Shown: positions 37,796-49,110 of the stretch, piece after piece
Numbering within the stretch: position 1 is the stretch's first letter
Layout of the letters: the number at the start of each line of letters is the position of its first letter
Assembly (NCBI GenBank): GCA_030390025.1
Contig: CM059432.1
Coordinates: 71,674,001-71,738,000 of the forward strand
DNA: 64,000 nt
DNA from: Squalus acanthias
Taxonomy: Eukaryota
Reading direction: 5' to 3'
Position numbers and translations under genes: made by a program
The notes under the pieces: generated by a model
Told to the model about the DNA's origin: nothing
Seen by the model: only the letters and a program-made list of their open reading frames with translations
Databases searched by the model: none

Positions 37796-40766
37796 AATAT
37801 ATTCCACTGAGAAGAAAAGAGTGTAAAAGAAAAGACAGTCATCCGTGGCTAAGTAAAGAAATTAAGGATAGTATTCAACTAAAAACAAGGGCATATAAGG
37901 TAGCCAAATCTAGTGGGAGGATAGAGGATTGGGAAAACTTTAAAAGACAGCAAAAAATAACAAAAAGATTGATTAAGAAAGGGAAGATAGATTATGAAAG
38001 TAAATTAGCAAAAAATATAAAAACAGATAGTAAGAGTTTTTATAGTTATATAAAAAGAAAAAGGGTGGCTAAAGTAAATGTTGGTCCCTTAGAGGGTGAG
38101 ACCAGGAAATTAATGGTGGGAAATATGGAGATGGCAAATACACTGAATGACTATTTTGTATCAGTCTTTACAGTAGAGGACACTAAGAATATCCCAACAC
38201 TGGACAAACAGGGGGCTATAGGTGGGGGGGGGGGGGGGGGAGGAGCTAAACACGATCAAAATCACTAAGGAAGTGGCACTCGTTAAAATAATGGGACTCA
38301 AGGTGGATAAATCACCTGGACCTGATGGCTTACATCCTAGGGTCTTGAGGGAAGTGGCGGTAGGGATTGTGGATGCATTGGTAATAATTTTCCAAAACTC
38401 CCTGGACTCAGCAAAGATCCCGGCAGACTGGAAAACTGCTAATGTAACACCCTTATTTAAAAAGGGCAGTAGACAGAAGGCTGGAAACTATAGACTGGTT
38501 AGCCTAACATCTGTGGTAGGTAAAATTTTGGAGTCCATTATTAAGGAGACAGTAACAGGACATTTGGATAATCATAATTTAATAGGACAAAGTCAGCATG
38601 GTTTTATGAAGGGGAAGTCATGTTTGACAAATTTGCTGGAGTTCTTTGAGGAAGTAACATACAGGGTGAATAAAGGGGAACCAGTGGATGTGGTGTATTT
38701 AGACTTCCAAAAGGCATTTGACAAGGTACCACACAAAAGATTATTGCTTAAGATAAAAAATCACGGGATTGGGGGTAATATTCTGGCATGGATAGAGGAT
38801 TGGCTATCTAACAGAAGGCAGAGAGTTGGGATAAATGGTTAATTCTCAGACTGGCAATCAGTAACTAGTGGTGTTCCGCAGGGGTCAGTGCTGGGTCCCC
38901 AACTCTTTACAATCTATATTAACGATTTGGAGGAGGGGACCGAGTGTAACATATCAAAGTTTGCAGATGATACTAAGATGAGAGGGAAAGTAGTGAGTGA
39001 GGAGGACATAAAAAATCTGCAAGGGGACAGAGACAGGCTAAGTAAGTGGGCAGAGATTTGGCAGATGGAATACAATACTGGAAAGTGTGAGGTTATGCAC
39101 TTTGGCAGGAAAAATAGTAGAGCAAGTTAATGGCCCAAAAATTAGTGCCGCTACGCGAGAGTACGCACTGCGTACTCTCGCGTATTCTGTCTCCAATTGC
39201 CGGTTTTCTGCATGCACTGTGCATGCGCTGAAAACCGGCACTTGGTGAATGGAAAAGGGGGCGGGTCCTAGGTGAACCGCGTGCGCGCTACAGGCTGCGC
39301 GCACGCTGTGCACTTAGTGGTTTCAACGCGCAGGTAAGTACGGAAGATTCTACACATAAAAAAAGGAGTAAGACCCACTTTTAACAAGGTAAGTAGTGAA
39401 TTAAGTATTATTTTGAATTTTTTTTAACAGGTATATCTTTTTTAGAGACTTTAAAGACAGGTAAGTTTATTTTTATAACTTTTTAAAAGATTTTAAATTT
39501 TTTCAAAAATTTAATTTAATTTTTTATTTAAAATTTATTTAACTATACTTATTTTATTAATGTGATGGTTTTTTTTTAATTTAATTGAGGTTTAGCGGTT
39601 CTTTTGGGGGGCTATAGTATTCATAACTTTCACAGCACTTATGTGAAAGTTATGAATGGAAGATGGTGTGCTGCCATTGGCTCTAACTGAGTCACGTGAT
39701 CCCACAGCTCGCACGAATTAACTACGCCGGTGGGATACGCAAGCCCAGCACAGCAGCTGTCCAGAACATCAAGTTCGTGCGAGCTGGAACTGAAAAAGCC
39801 AACGCGGAGTGAGAGATCGCGGGGAGGCCTTACCCTCGCACGAAGGCTTCCTCACGAATTTTTGGGCCATTATCTTAATGGCAAGAAACTGGAAAGTACT
39901 GAAGTACAAAGGGATCTGGGGGTCCTGGTGCACAAAACTCAAAAGGTTAGTATGCAGGTGCAGCAAGTGATTAAGAAGGCCAATGGAATGTTGGCTTTCA
40001 TTGCTAGGGGGATAGAATATAAAAATAGGGAGGTATTGCTTCAGTTGTACAAGGTATTGGTGAGACCGCACCTGGAATACTGCATACAGTTTTGGTGTCC
40101 ATACTTAAGAAAAGACATACTTGCTCTCGAGTCAGTACAAAGAAGGTTCACTCGGTTAATCCCGGGGATGAGGGGATGGACATATGAGGAGAGGTTGGGT
40201 AGATTGGGACTCTACTCATTGGAGTTCAGAAGAATGAGAGGCGATCTTATTGAAACATATAAGATTGTGAAGGGGTTGGATCAGGTGGATGCGGGGAGGA
40301 TGTTCCCGATGATGGGTGAAACTAGAACTAGGGGGCATAGTCTTAGAATAAGGGGCTGCTCTTTCAAAACTGAGATGAGAAGGAACTACTTCACTCAGAG
40401 GGTGGTAGGTCCATGGAATATGCTGCCCCAAAAAGCTGTAGAAGCTACATCATTACATAAATTTAAAACAGAAATAGACAGTTTCCTGGAAGTAAAGGGA
40501 ATTCAGGGTTACGGGGAGCGGGCAGGAATTTGGACATGAGTCTAGGTTCGGATCGGTCATGGCCCTGTGGGTAGCGGAGCGGGCCCAGGAGCCGTGTAGC
40601 CTGATCCTGCTCCTATTTCGTGTGTCCAATTCTGTTAGATTCAGGAGATGGTTCTGTGATAGTAGATTGGCGGTTAGGATCAGATCAGCCATGATCTTAT
40701 TGAATGGCGGAGCAGGCTCGAGGGGCCAATTGGCCTACTCCTGCTCCTATTTCTTATGTTCTTATG
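37796..40766 (+). mobile_element. 5'-truncated CR1 LINE (copy E), same subfamily as copy D, interrupted by a MITE
   Basis: Translations nearly identical to ORF 7049-9448. Frameshift at a G-run ~38224-38240. (TCTTATGT)n tail. Confidence 0.93.
39132..39868. mobile_element. 737-bp hairpin-rich MITE (family M2, copy b)
   Basis: TIR GGCCCAAAAATTAGTG / CACGAATTTTTGGGCC. Flanks AAT/ATT (TSD with one mismatch). Comparison with copy D gives the empty site ..AGAGCAA-TTATTATCTT. Confidence 0.9.
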
Positions 40767-41859
40767 GTGCAAGCATGCACCTCTGCTTTCCCGCCCTCCC
40801 CTCACCAGAACCTTAAAGGTAGACTTGTGCCTTCCTCATTTCAGACACTTAAGAAATCCAGCCTGCCCAGCCAGTAGTTGACCAAGAAGAGGGAGAGAAG
40901 AATGAAGAAACACCATCACACAATTTTACACTCCCAGCCACCAGCTCTTCAATGTCGTCCTGCAAGGCCATCTGCAGCCTTCCACCAGCTATGCAGCAGC
41001 CATTGGGGTAGCACTGTGTAACATCACTAGGATAGGCAATAGCACACACAAGACAGTCACTAACCGAATACCTAAGGGTAATATTGGATGCATATATGGA
41101 TAAAGTTGGATTGGAAAGCTTGCTTTGTGGTGGCTTTTATTTCAGCATTATGGCCAAGAGGGCGCTGTAATGGTCAGTAACATAAGGAAGGTAAGGTGTG
41201 GGACTAATGTTGAAAGGGGAATTGGAGTTGTGTTCAGTGGTACTGCAGATGATTTGATCCCAGATACCCTGGCCAGAAAGGGACTATCTGAGTTGCCTCC
41301 TTCCTTCCTCTTCCCTCTGCGAGCAGCTTGTCCCCTTTGCTGCCTCTGCTTCATCTCCATGTGATGTTGCAGCCCAAGGGGGAACAACTACAGCACCCAG
41401 GACTGTGAGCAAGTGGCGTTCTCAGAGGCCTTCCTTTAACATCCAAAGCCTTGCTAGCGTCCGGCAACACTCCTTGCACACTAGCAACTTTTTTAATGTG
41501 CTGCACCAAGTCACTACTCCAATAAAATGTAAAAAAATCCAAAAGCTGAAATCGAAACTTACTTGAAAGATGTGTGTCCCTTTAAGAAGTGCTGGCAGGA
41601 TATCTACAGTACTGCTGCAGTGCTTTGGAGGGCAGTATGGAGAGCAGCGACGTCCAAAATTGCAGTCGTGCGTCAGTTCAGGCATTGCACGCCAATTGAG
41701 GTCATGATCTGCATATTTACATGCGAGAGGTGAGCACAGGCAATGGCAGAGCTAACAACCTCTCCAAACTGGTCATTGTCGTGTTCCACGCCAGGAGTGG
41801 GCCGAAGTGAGGCTTTTCAACAAAACTGGCTTTAACGGCCAAGCAGCCATAGCTTACAA

Positions 41860-43020
41860 CACTGAAGGAGGCCATTTAGCACATTGTTTCTGTGCTGACT
41901 CTATTCTATGCTAGAGCAATCTGAAATGAATCCCACTGCTCCACTCTCCCCAGAGCCCTGTATCTTTCTCTGCTTCAAATGTCTATCCAACTTTTCCTTA
42001 AAAGATGAAATGGGCTCTGCCTCAACCATCCCAACTCCAGCAGCCCTCTGTGTAAAGACATTTCTAACCTCTCTCCTCACTCTCTTACTGATAATTTTAA
42101 ACTGATGGCACCTTGTCACTGACTCTCCAGTTTTTAAACATTTTTAAAACCTCTACTTAATCTCTTAGTCTTCTCAGCTCCATTGGAAATAGTCTCAATA
42201 TCTCAGGGGGTCTCCTCATAACCATAGTTTCTCAAACCTGGCATCATCCTGTTGAATCTAAGCTATATGCGCTACACAGCTTTAATGTCCTTTCTTTAAA
42301 TCAGGTACCCAAAACTGCGCAAAGTACTCTAACTGTGGCTTATTCAATGGTTTGTACAAATTTATTATTTCTTTATATTTATACTTTGTGCCCCTATTTA
42401 TAAAACCCAAAATGCTGTTGGCCTTTCTTTTATGGCTTTATCTACCATCACACTCACTTTCAAGAAATAATATATTTGAACCTCCGGGTCCCTCTGTTCA
42501 TCCACACTCCTCAGTATCTTTCCATTAAGTGTATATTCCTCATTTTCACCCAAAAATGTATTACCTCACACTTATCCACATTAAATTCCATCTTCCACCT
42601 ATTTGCCCATTCTGCCATGTCTTCCCAAAGAATTTTATAATTCTCTTTTGATTATCAAACCTCCTACCTTTGTGTTATCAGCTAATTTTGAGATTGTATT
42701 CCCTATATCCACATCCAAATCACGTATAGATGCAGAAAACAAAAATTGACCCAGGACTGATCCCTGGGATACATCACTTGAAAGCCTTCTCCAATCTGAA
42801 CAACTTCCACTTCCCTATCTCTCTGTTTCCTATCTAGAAACCAACTTTCAATCCATCCCTCTACATTTCCTTATACTATATGCCTGATTTTGTCTAACAA
42901 GTCTCTTGTGAGACACCTTATTGAACACCTTCTGAAAATCCATATAAACTACATCTACTACATTCCCTTCATTTGGCCAGTTACTGCTTCAAAAAAGATT
43001 CCATCAAGTTAGTCAAACGT
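41860..43020 (-). mobile_element. Old, degenerate CR1 3' region
   Basis: RNVFTQR..FKEKLD.HLK plus decayed RT motifs between 42300 and 43020. Confidence 0.7.
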
Positions 43021-43394
43021 GACTTGCCTTTAACAAAGATGTTGGATATCTTTCATTAACCCACGTTGACCATTTCCCCCCCCCCAAACCACAGGTATTG
43101 GGGGAAAAAATTAGTTTTAAGTGTAGTGCGTTAAAGCATAGCGTATTTACTCGTTTTTTAAAAAAAGGTAATTTATGCAGTTTTCCGGAGACTTCAGGGC
43201 TCTTCAAAGCAGGAGAACCCTACAGAAATTTACCCCCTCTCAATGTGGCTGGCTGCCAGGAAATGGAGATTTAAAAAAAAAATGACCTGCCATTAAATTC
43301 AGCAGGACCTCTGAGTTACCCACATTTCCCAGCCGCTATGACAACCCCCTCCCCACCCCGGTAAATATCGGGGCCATAGTGTACTGCCCCACCA

Positions 43395-45330
43395 AAAATT
43401 CTGTATCCTTGCAACCGATACTATCTCCCCTCCCTAGCCACTGTCTCAGGCTGAACTAGACTGTTTGCAACCTTTGCGCCTGTTCAACCGAGCTGAGCTT
43501 CTAATCTCATATACTCTCTACCACAAAGCCCATCTATGCCCACCTCCTTAGAATCCCTCCTACTTCAGCCCAACTGCTGCTGAAACCCTCATTCATGCAT
43601 TTGGCACCTCCAAACTTGATTACTCCAGTGCTTTCCTGGATGAAATTCATAAACTTCAGCTAGTCCAATACTCTGCATCCCATATCATATCCCACATCGT
43701 CACAATCACTAATTGCACCGGTCCTCACTGACCTACTTTGGCCCCCAGTTCCTCAAATTTAAATTCTCATCCTGGTGTTTAAATCCCTCCATCACCTCAT
43801 TCTCCATTTTTCTGTAACCTCCTCTTGTGAAGGAACCTTACTATATAACCTTTTTAGAAAAATATACTATATAAGATAAATACACTATAGCCTTTTTAGA
43901 AAAATACACTATATAACTTTTTTAAAGGAAGGCATGGCAAGCTGGATTTGGAAATCCTACCTTCTGAAAGAATTCTGGCCTCGTTGAGATAAGACTGTGG
44001 TTAACCCTGAAGAGTACCTTATAAGGAACTCTATCTTATAAATTCTTTGGAACATGACAAACTGGGTTTAGAAATTTAGAAACCTAACTATGAAATAGCT
44101 ATGAAAGAATTCTGGCTATTGAAATAGGACAAGTTGTTGACCCTGAATAAGTAACCTTATTGAAACAGAAGAATGGGTGAGCCCGAATGGGTAACCTTAT
44201 TAAAATAAGACAATGGTCAGCCCTGGATGAATGATCTTGATTAAAACCTCTTGAGAATGACATGATGTAAGGTACATCTGCCCTTTGCCCACATATGGTA
44301 AACTCCCAATAGCTATTGATGATGAACAGGCAGTAAGAATTTCAGTAGGTCAGCTAAAAGATGATTAGTGATAATTAACTTGGATTAACAGAAACCTTAT
44401 GAAAAACCAACTGAAAAAGGGGTATAAATATTGGGAGTCTCGAATGAGATAATCAGACTCGCTTTAATCGGGCAAATCGATTCTCAACTACAGGGGGCGG
44501 CTCTGTAGTTCTTCACTCTTTTGTAACTCGGGGATTGAAGGTAACTGCTACCTTGATACTTGATGGATATCCTGTAATAGACAAGTTTAAGAACGGTAAT
44601 ACTGTGGCGAAATTAAGATTTAGAAGTAGGATTCTCTGTAAGGAAGAAGATTGTATTTTTTCTTTTTAAAACTGTTAACGTTGCGATTGACTGATTCGCC
44701 AACTGTAAATTGCATGTCGTTTTTTAAAATAAATCTCTATATATTTTTAGAATTGTCTCATAAGTCTTCTGCATCAATAACTCGTGAACCCAATCTTTGT
44801 ACACTCTTTGGTGAAGAGTTACAATTTCTGAAGGAAATCTCCGGACCCTCATAATATCCGGGACTTTACTGTCTGGCTAAACTTATTAAAAGTGCTATCT
44901 GGAGGACGGTAACATTCTCAGGTTGTTTCTTTCCTTTAGGGAGAGGTAGCCCGGACTTTTAGACCCAGTTAAGCGTCTTTAGGATTCGGCTACCTCAACC
45001 TTTAGTTGAAGGTGAACATCTGAGAAATATGCCTGATCCGGGATAGCCCCAAAGGGGCTAGGACAAGTAAAAATCCTTTCACTCTAACCCTACAATTCCA
45101 CTCCCCCATACTTTCTATTTCTCTTGAGCATCTCACTCTCCCTTCACCCATCAATGGAGTCTATGCCTTCAGCTGCCTAGGCACAATTCTCCGGAATTCC
45201 TCCCTGAACCCATCCACCTCCTTTTTTAAGATTCGCCTTAAAACCAACCTATTTGACCAAACTTTTGGTCATCCCTTCTAAGGCTTGGTATGAGGCATTA
45301 AAAGCATCATATAAATACAAGTTGTTTTTG
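43395..45330 (+). mobile_element. Old L2 3' region interrupted by an LTR element
   Basis: GCTGAAACCCTCATTCATGC and AAATCCCTCCAT on the left, CCTATTTGACCAA and ATAAATACAAGTTGTT on the right; homologous to the L2 at 35300-36560. Confidence 0.75.
43826..45081 (+). mobile_element. 1256-bp solo LTR (ERV or LTR retrotransposon)
   Basis: TG...CA ends with TGTGAAGGA / TCCTTTCA. TSD CTCT at 43822-43825 and 45082-45085. Tandem repeats in the 5' half, TATAAATA at 44423, AATAAA at 44728. Confidence 0.8.
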
Positions 45331-47199
45331 TTATCATAATGCATTACATAATACAGCAATGTCAATGTTGTAGGACTATTTTTTTTGCAATGTTCTTGGA
45401 CACCACATGTAATACAAAAAATATCAAAATCCAGTTAAAATGTAATCTTCTTCAGACCACTTCCTTTCAAAAAGTGCAGCACAAATGTAAAACTTTAAAT
45501 TGCTGTTTAAATAATCTATATAGGCTCTTTTATTAAAAACATGTTACAAAAACATTGAATATACTATTTCCATAGGTTGCATGTGTCATTTATGGCAACA
45601 AACTGCACCTAAAATTAGATTTTGTTGATTCTGCACAGATGCAAGCAGCATATCCATTCACAGTGAGTTCTAAATCTTTAATTATGGAGTATCAAGCCTG
45701 CTTGCAAATGTCTTAGAGAGATAAAAATACAGATACAGTTTAAAAATGCAACATCCAGCCTATATGGAATTTATAGCAACTGACTTCATGCATTTGGGTA
45801 AATAATTTGTAATTTTTAAAGAATTTAATTGGTGAAAATTTGGTGAGACAAAACTCACAATGATTTATTGTAAAATGATAAATTTTAATAGTGATTTGGG
45901 CAATATCTATGATAACAGCACCTAACTATGCCATCCTGATTCTGTGACTGCAGTAAGAACATTTTCTATATAACTTCTGAGGCAACATTTTTCCATGTTT
46001 CAGTAAATGCTTCTAAACACATTTCCTTCACAAATAAAACCTTATTCTAATGCGTAAAGTCATGTTCATAATCATCACAACAGTCAGTTAGGATACAAGA
46101 CTTCTCCCCACACTCTACTTAACAGCAACACGCAACAGAACACAGCGATTTCAAAACACAGTTTAATATAGTTATTAAAATGCCAGAGAAAATTAAACCC
46201 ACTAAACCTCCTGTCATCTTTGTACAGTTCACATCCTGCTTGTTGTGAGCTTAAATTCTCCTTTATTTCTCAAGATGCTTTTTTGTCATTATGCTTAGAT
46301 TCTATATACATAATTACTAAAACCCGGCTGTTAACTGACCCATATCCAGTTGAAAGGGTTGTACTCTCTACACTTAGATGGGTATTGAATAAGTATTGAT
46401 TTTATTCTTCATTAAGTCTGTTTAGCACCTATAGTACGTTGTGTGTGCAATCTATGGGTTCTGTTATATTAATGCAACAATTAATAGATCTAATTAATTA
46501 CCTTTTCTCTATGGCAAGGAAGAATTGAAAAACTGTTGAATAAATGCTAATCAGATTTAGTTATTACAGCAGTTATAAGGATTTTTGTTTGAGTGTAATA
46601 AGTGTAATTATACACAAGTTATAAATATCAGGAGAGGGGTTTATGTTGATACACATTTCACAAAGGCTAGGTTGCAAAATCAATCTCCAAGTATGAAAAG
46701 CATCACAGTGAAATACAGACATAATCCATAATATGGTGAAAGCCAACTTTTATCGATGTCTCTTTTAAACATTCATTAAAAAACCTTCATTGCACAGTAC
46801 TAAAGACTGCTTATGCTCCTGTATATTTCCATGAGCAAAGAGACTTAACACAGGATAGATTACAGCATTTGTATAGTTACATATAGGACAACATTTTAGT
46901 ACTAGCTTCCTTATCCTGATTATAAAATAATGCAAGGATTCTAATATTAGGGCAATATCTCTAAGAATTAAAGCTGAATGATAATTCATATAGATCTGAA
47001 AAATTGACTAGCTACTGCAGAGTGCACAATAATACAGTACTCTAAAGTGCAATATGCAATGTTTCTGATCTAAAAGGGTCCTTATTTCAAATCACTTTCC
47101 TGAAACAAAATCTAGAAAATTCAGTCATTTTCATAGTCATAAATGGTCTATTTTGAATGTCAGATGCTGATCCCTACTTGGAACTGAATTATAAAACTC

Positions 47200-47470
47200 A
47201 AAACTCTTGAAAGGTGGCAAGAGTTATAGGAGGTATACAAGACACTAAGCAGAATAGAAAAGGTAAATCATGACTGCAGGACATTGGGGAGTAAGTACAA
47301 ACGAGTAAAGGCAAGTGCAGGACTGATGTGAGGAAGCACTTCTTCATGTAAAGAGTGATTAAAACCTGGAATGGTTCTATGGGTAGATTGTGGAGGAAAG
47401 ATTCTGGGGTCATTCAACAAGCTGTGATTGGAAAGCGGAATCATAGGTTTCTATGGAAGAATGGCCTTGT
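47200..47470 (+). mobile_element. Very old CR1 3' fragment
   Basis: GTGAGGAAGCACTTCTTCA..AGAGTGATTAAAACCTGGAATG, i.e. RKHFF..RVIKTWN. Confidence 0.55.
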
Positions 47471-48789
47471 TCATATATCAGTGTGGGCAACCTCTCATGT
47501 ATTTCCAATGTCCTCTCAACATGTTTCAAGTATTTTCTTTAACAAAGCAATGTTTATTTTTTTTGATTATTTAAAGAAACCTTTTTATTTCACTAATACT
47601 GAATTAAGATTCCTTTTAAAGATTGAAAGCTAGCATTAACAGCGACAGATATTTGTTATCTTTATGTAAACACAACTAATATGTTCATTTAAAAAAAAAA
47701 GAAAACCTGTGCACCTTCAGCAAGGGGATCCAGACTGCTTGGTACTTCTATTTTAGATGGAAGCTATACTTCTGGTGCTTTGACTGTCTTATAGTTAACA
47801 TGTGTTTAATCCATGGTTGCGGAGGTGGTGAGAATTAGGAAAGGATTTTGCGATAGTAAATTGATGCATCTAGTCACTGCTAGTGGCAAGAACTGTTCTA
47901 GTCGGAGTATCTTAGGCAGTCCCCATGTTCCTGGGGGACAGGACCTGTAGATAGAACAATTCATCCGAAGGGACCTCAATGTTGGTTATTGTCTTTGTAG
48001 TATTCTGGATTGCTGGCCAGAGTTGTTGTATCTCAGGCCTGACCAAATGATGTGAAGGCGTGTGCCAGTTTGGCTGCATCCTTTCCAGCATTCACCAGAC
48101 AGCGACAGGTAAAATTAGTGAAGCTAATGCACAGGATGATGGTGTACAAGTTTGAGTTGGTCCTCATACATTTTACTGCAAGTGGTAGTTGGGTTTGTTC
48201 TCAAATTTTCCTCCTTTCTTGCACAACTGCACAAGTGACCAAACCCAATAAAGCCCCAGAAATGATAGGATAGCTCCTGCGCATCTGTGTCCACGTATTA
48301 TCCCCTATGTAGCTGCCCAAACCCTTGTGTACAAACACTTAACATGTTTGCTCAAAATCCTTTGTCTGCATATATGTACACATGCACATATACATATAGC
48401 AGCTTAGTTGAAGAAATGCAGATGATACCCTTTCAAAAATTGACATCTATGTTGATGAAATTGTAAGGTGTTTCCTGTAGCTCTCAGTACCTAAAAGGAA
48501 ACCACATCTATATTTACAATAGAGATATTAGGGTTCAGCAAACTCAATCAAACAATTTTAGTTATGTACTCACCAGAGCCGAGAAAAAAACAAGTCTGTA
48601 TTGGTGAAATATTCCTATTTAAGCCAATAGTCATTAATAGTTCCGGAGTCACGAATCATTTCGCTTTTTCCACTTAAGTCAGGAAATTGCCTTTTAGACA
48701 TGGAGAACAATTTCCCCTTCTCCAATTTCACTACCCTTTTTTTCTCCCCCACTTATCACCCTGGCGTTGAGTTCTTCCTGGGATACAGT

Positions 48790-49110
48790 TCCACAGTACC
48801 TTACTAAAATTACTTATTCATGTGAGCCTTGATAAAGTGTCCACATGATTTTCTACCACTGGTGCCTAACAGCAGATTCGGATGATGTTCCCACGAGTGC
48901 CACACATGCACACTTCCAGAAGGGGGGCACTGGATGGTGATAGATAGTGTGAAACCAAACTATGTCCCCTCCCTAACACTGAGCCACTAAGGCCAATTAC
49001 AATGTCCCCCAACTCTGGTCTAGTTGAAATCAGGTAACTCAGTACAGCAGGGGGAACAAACCTGGGACCCTCTGGTCTGGATATCTCTCAAAGAGTTTTG
49101 AGCCATCCAG
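48790..49110 (-). mobile_element. Old tRNA-derived SINE
   Basis: The minus strand reads GATGGCTCA..CAGACCAGAGGGTCCCAGGTTTG..CTGAGTTACCTGATTTCA..CATCCAGTGCCCCCTTCTGGAAGTG. Confidence 0.55.

Larger units (their letters stand above)
36920..41830 (+). mobile_element. Decayed Harbinger-type transposon (copy 2) with Myb/SANT remnants, interrupted by a CR1
   Basis: MVQRSRERAPRVS from 37294; RTWL.CPKKFHDL..VVK|GT at 37498; LTPLAETVLAILGRG..|GT at 37735. The exon after TTTCAG at 40844 is homologous to the exon starting at 6555. Outer ends are approximate. Confidence 0.65.

Noticed and set aside
39730..40539. 269-aa and 202-aa (30050-30658) ORFs with novel N-termini
   Set aside because: They are chance read-through from MITE ends into LINE ORF2.
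41148..41387. Arg-rich minus-strand peptide as the Harbinger transposase N-terminus
   Set aside because: Position and orientation fit, but no DDE or HTH motif is visible, so it is not called.
43840..44245. Spaced repeats resembling a CRISPR array
   Set aside because: They are degenerate tandem repeats without unique spacers, inside a eukaryotic LTR.
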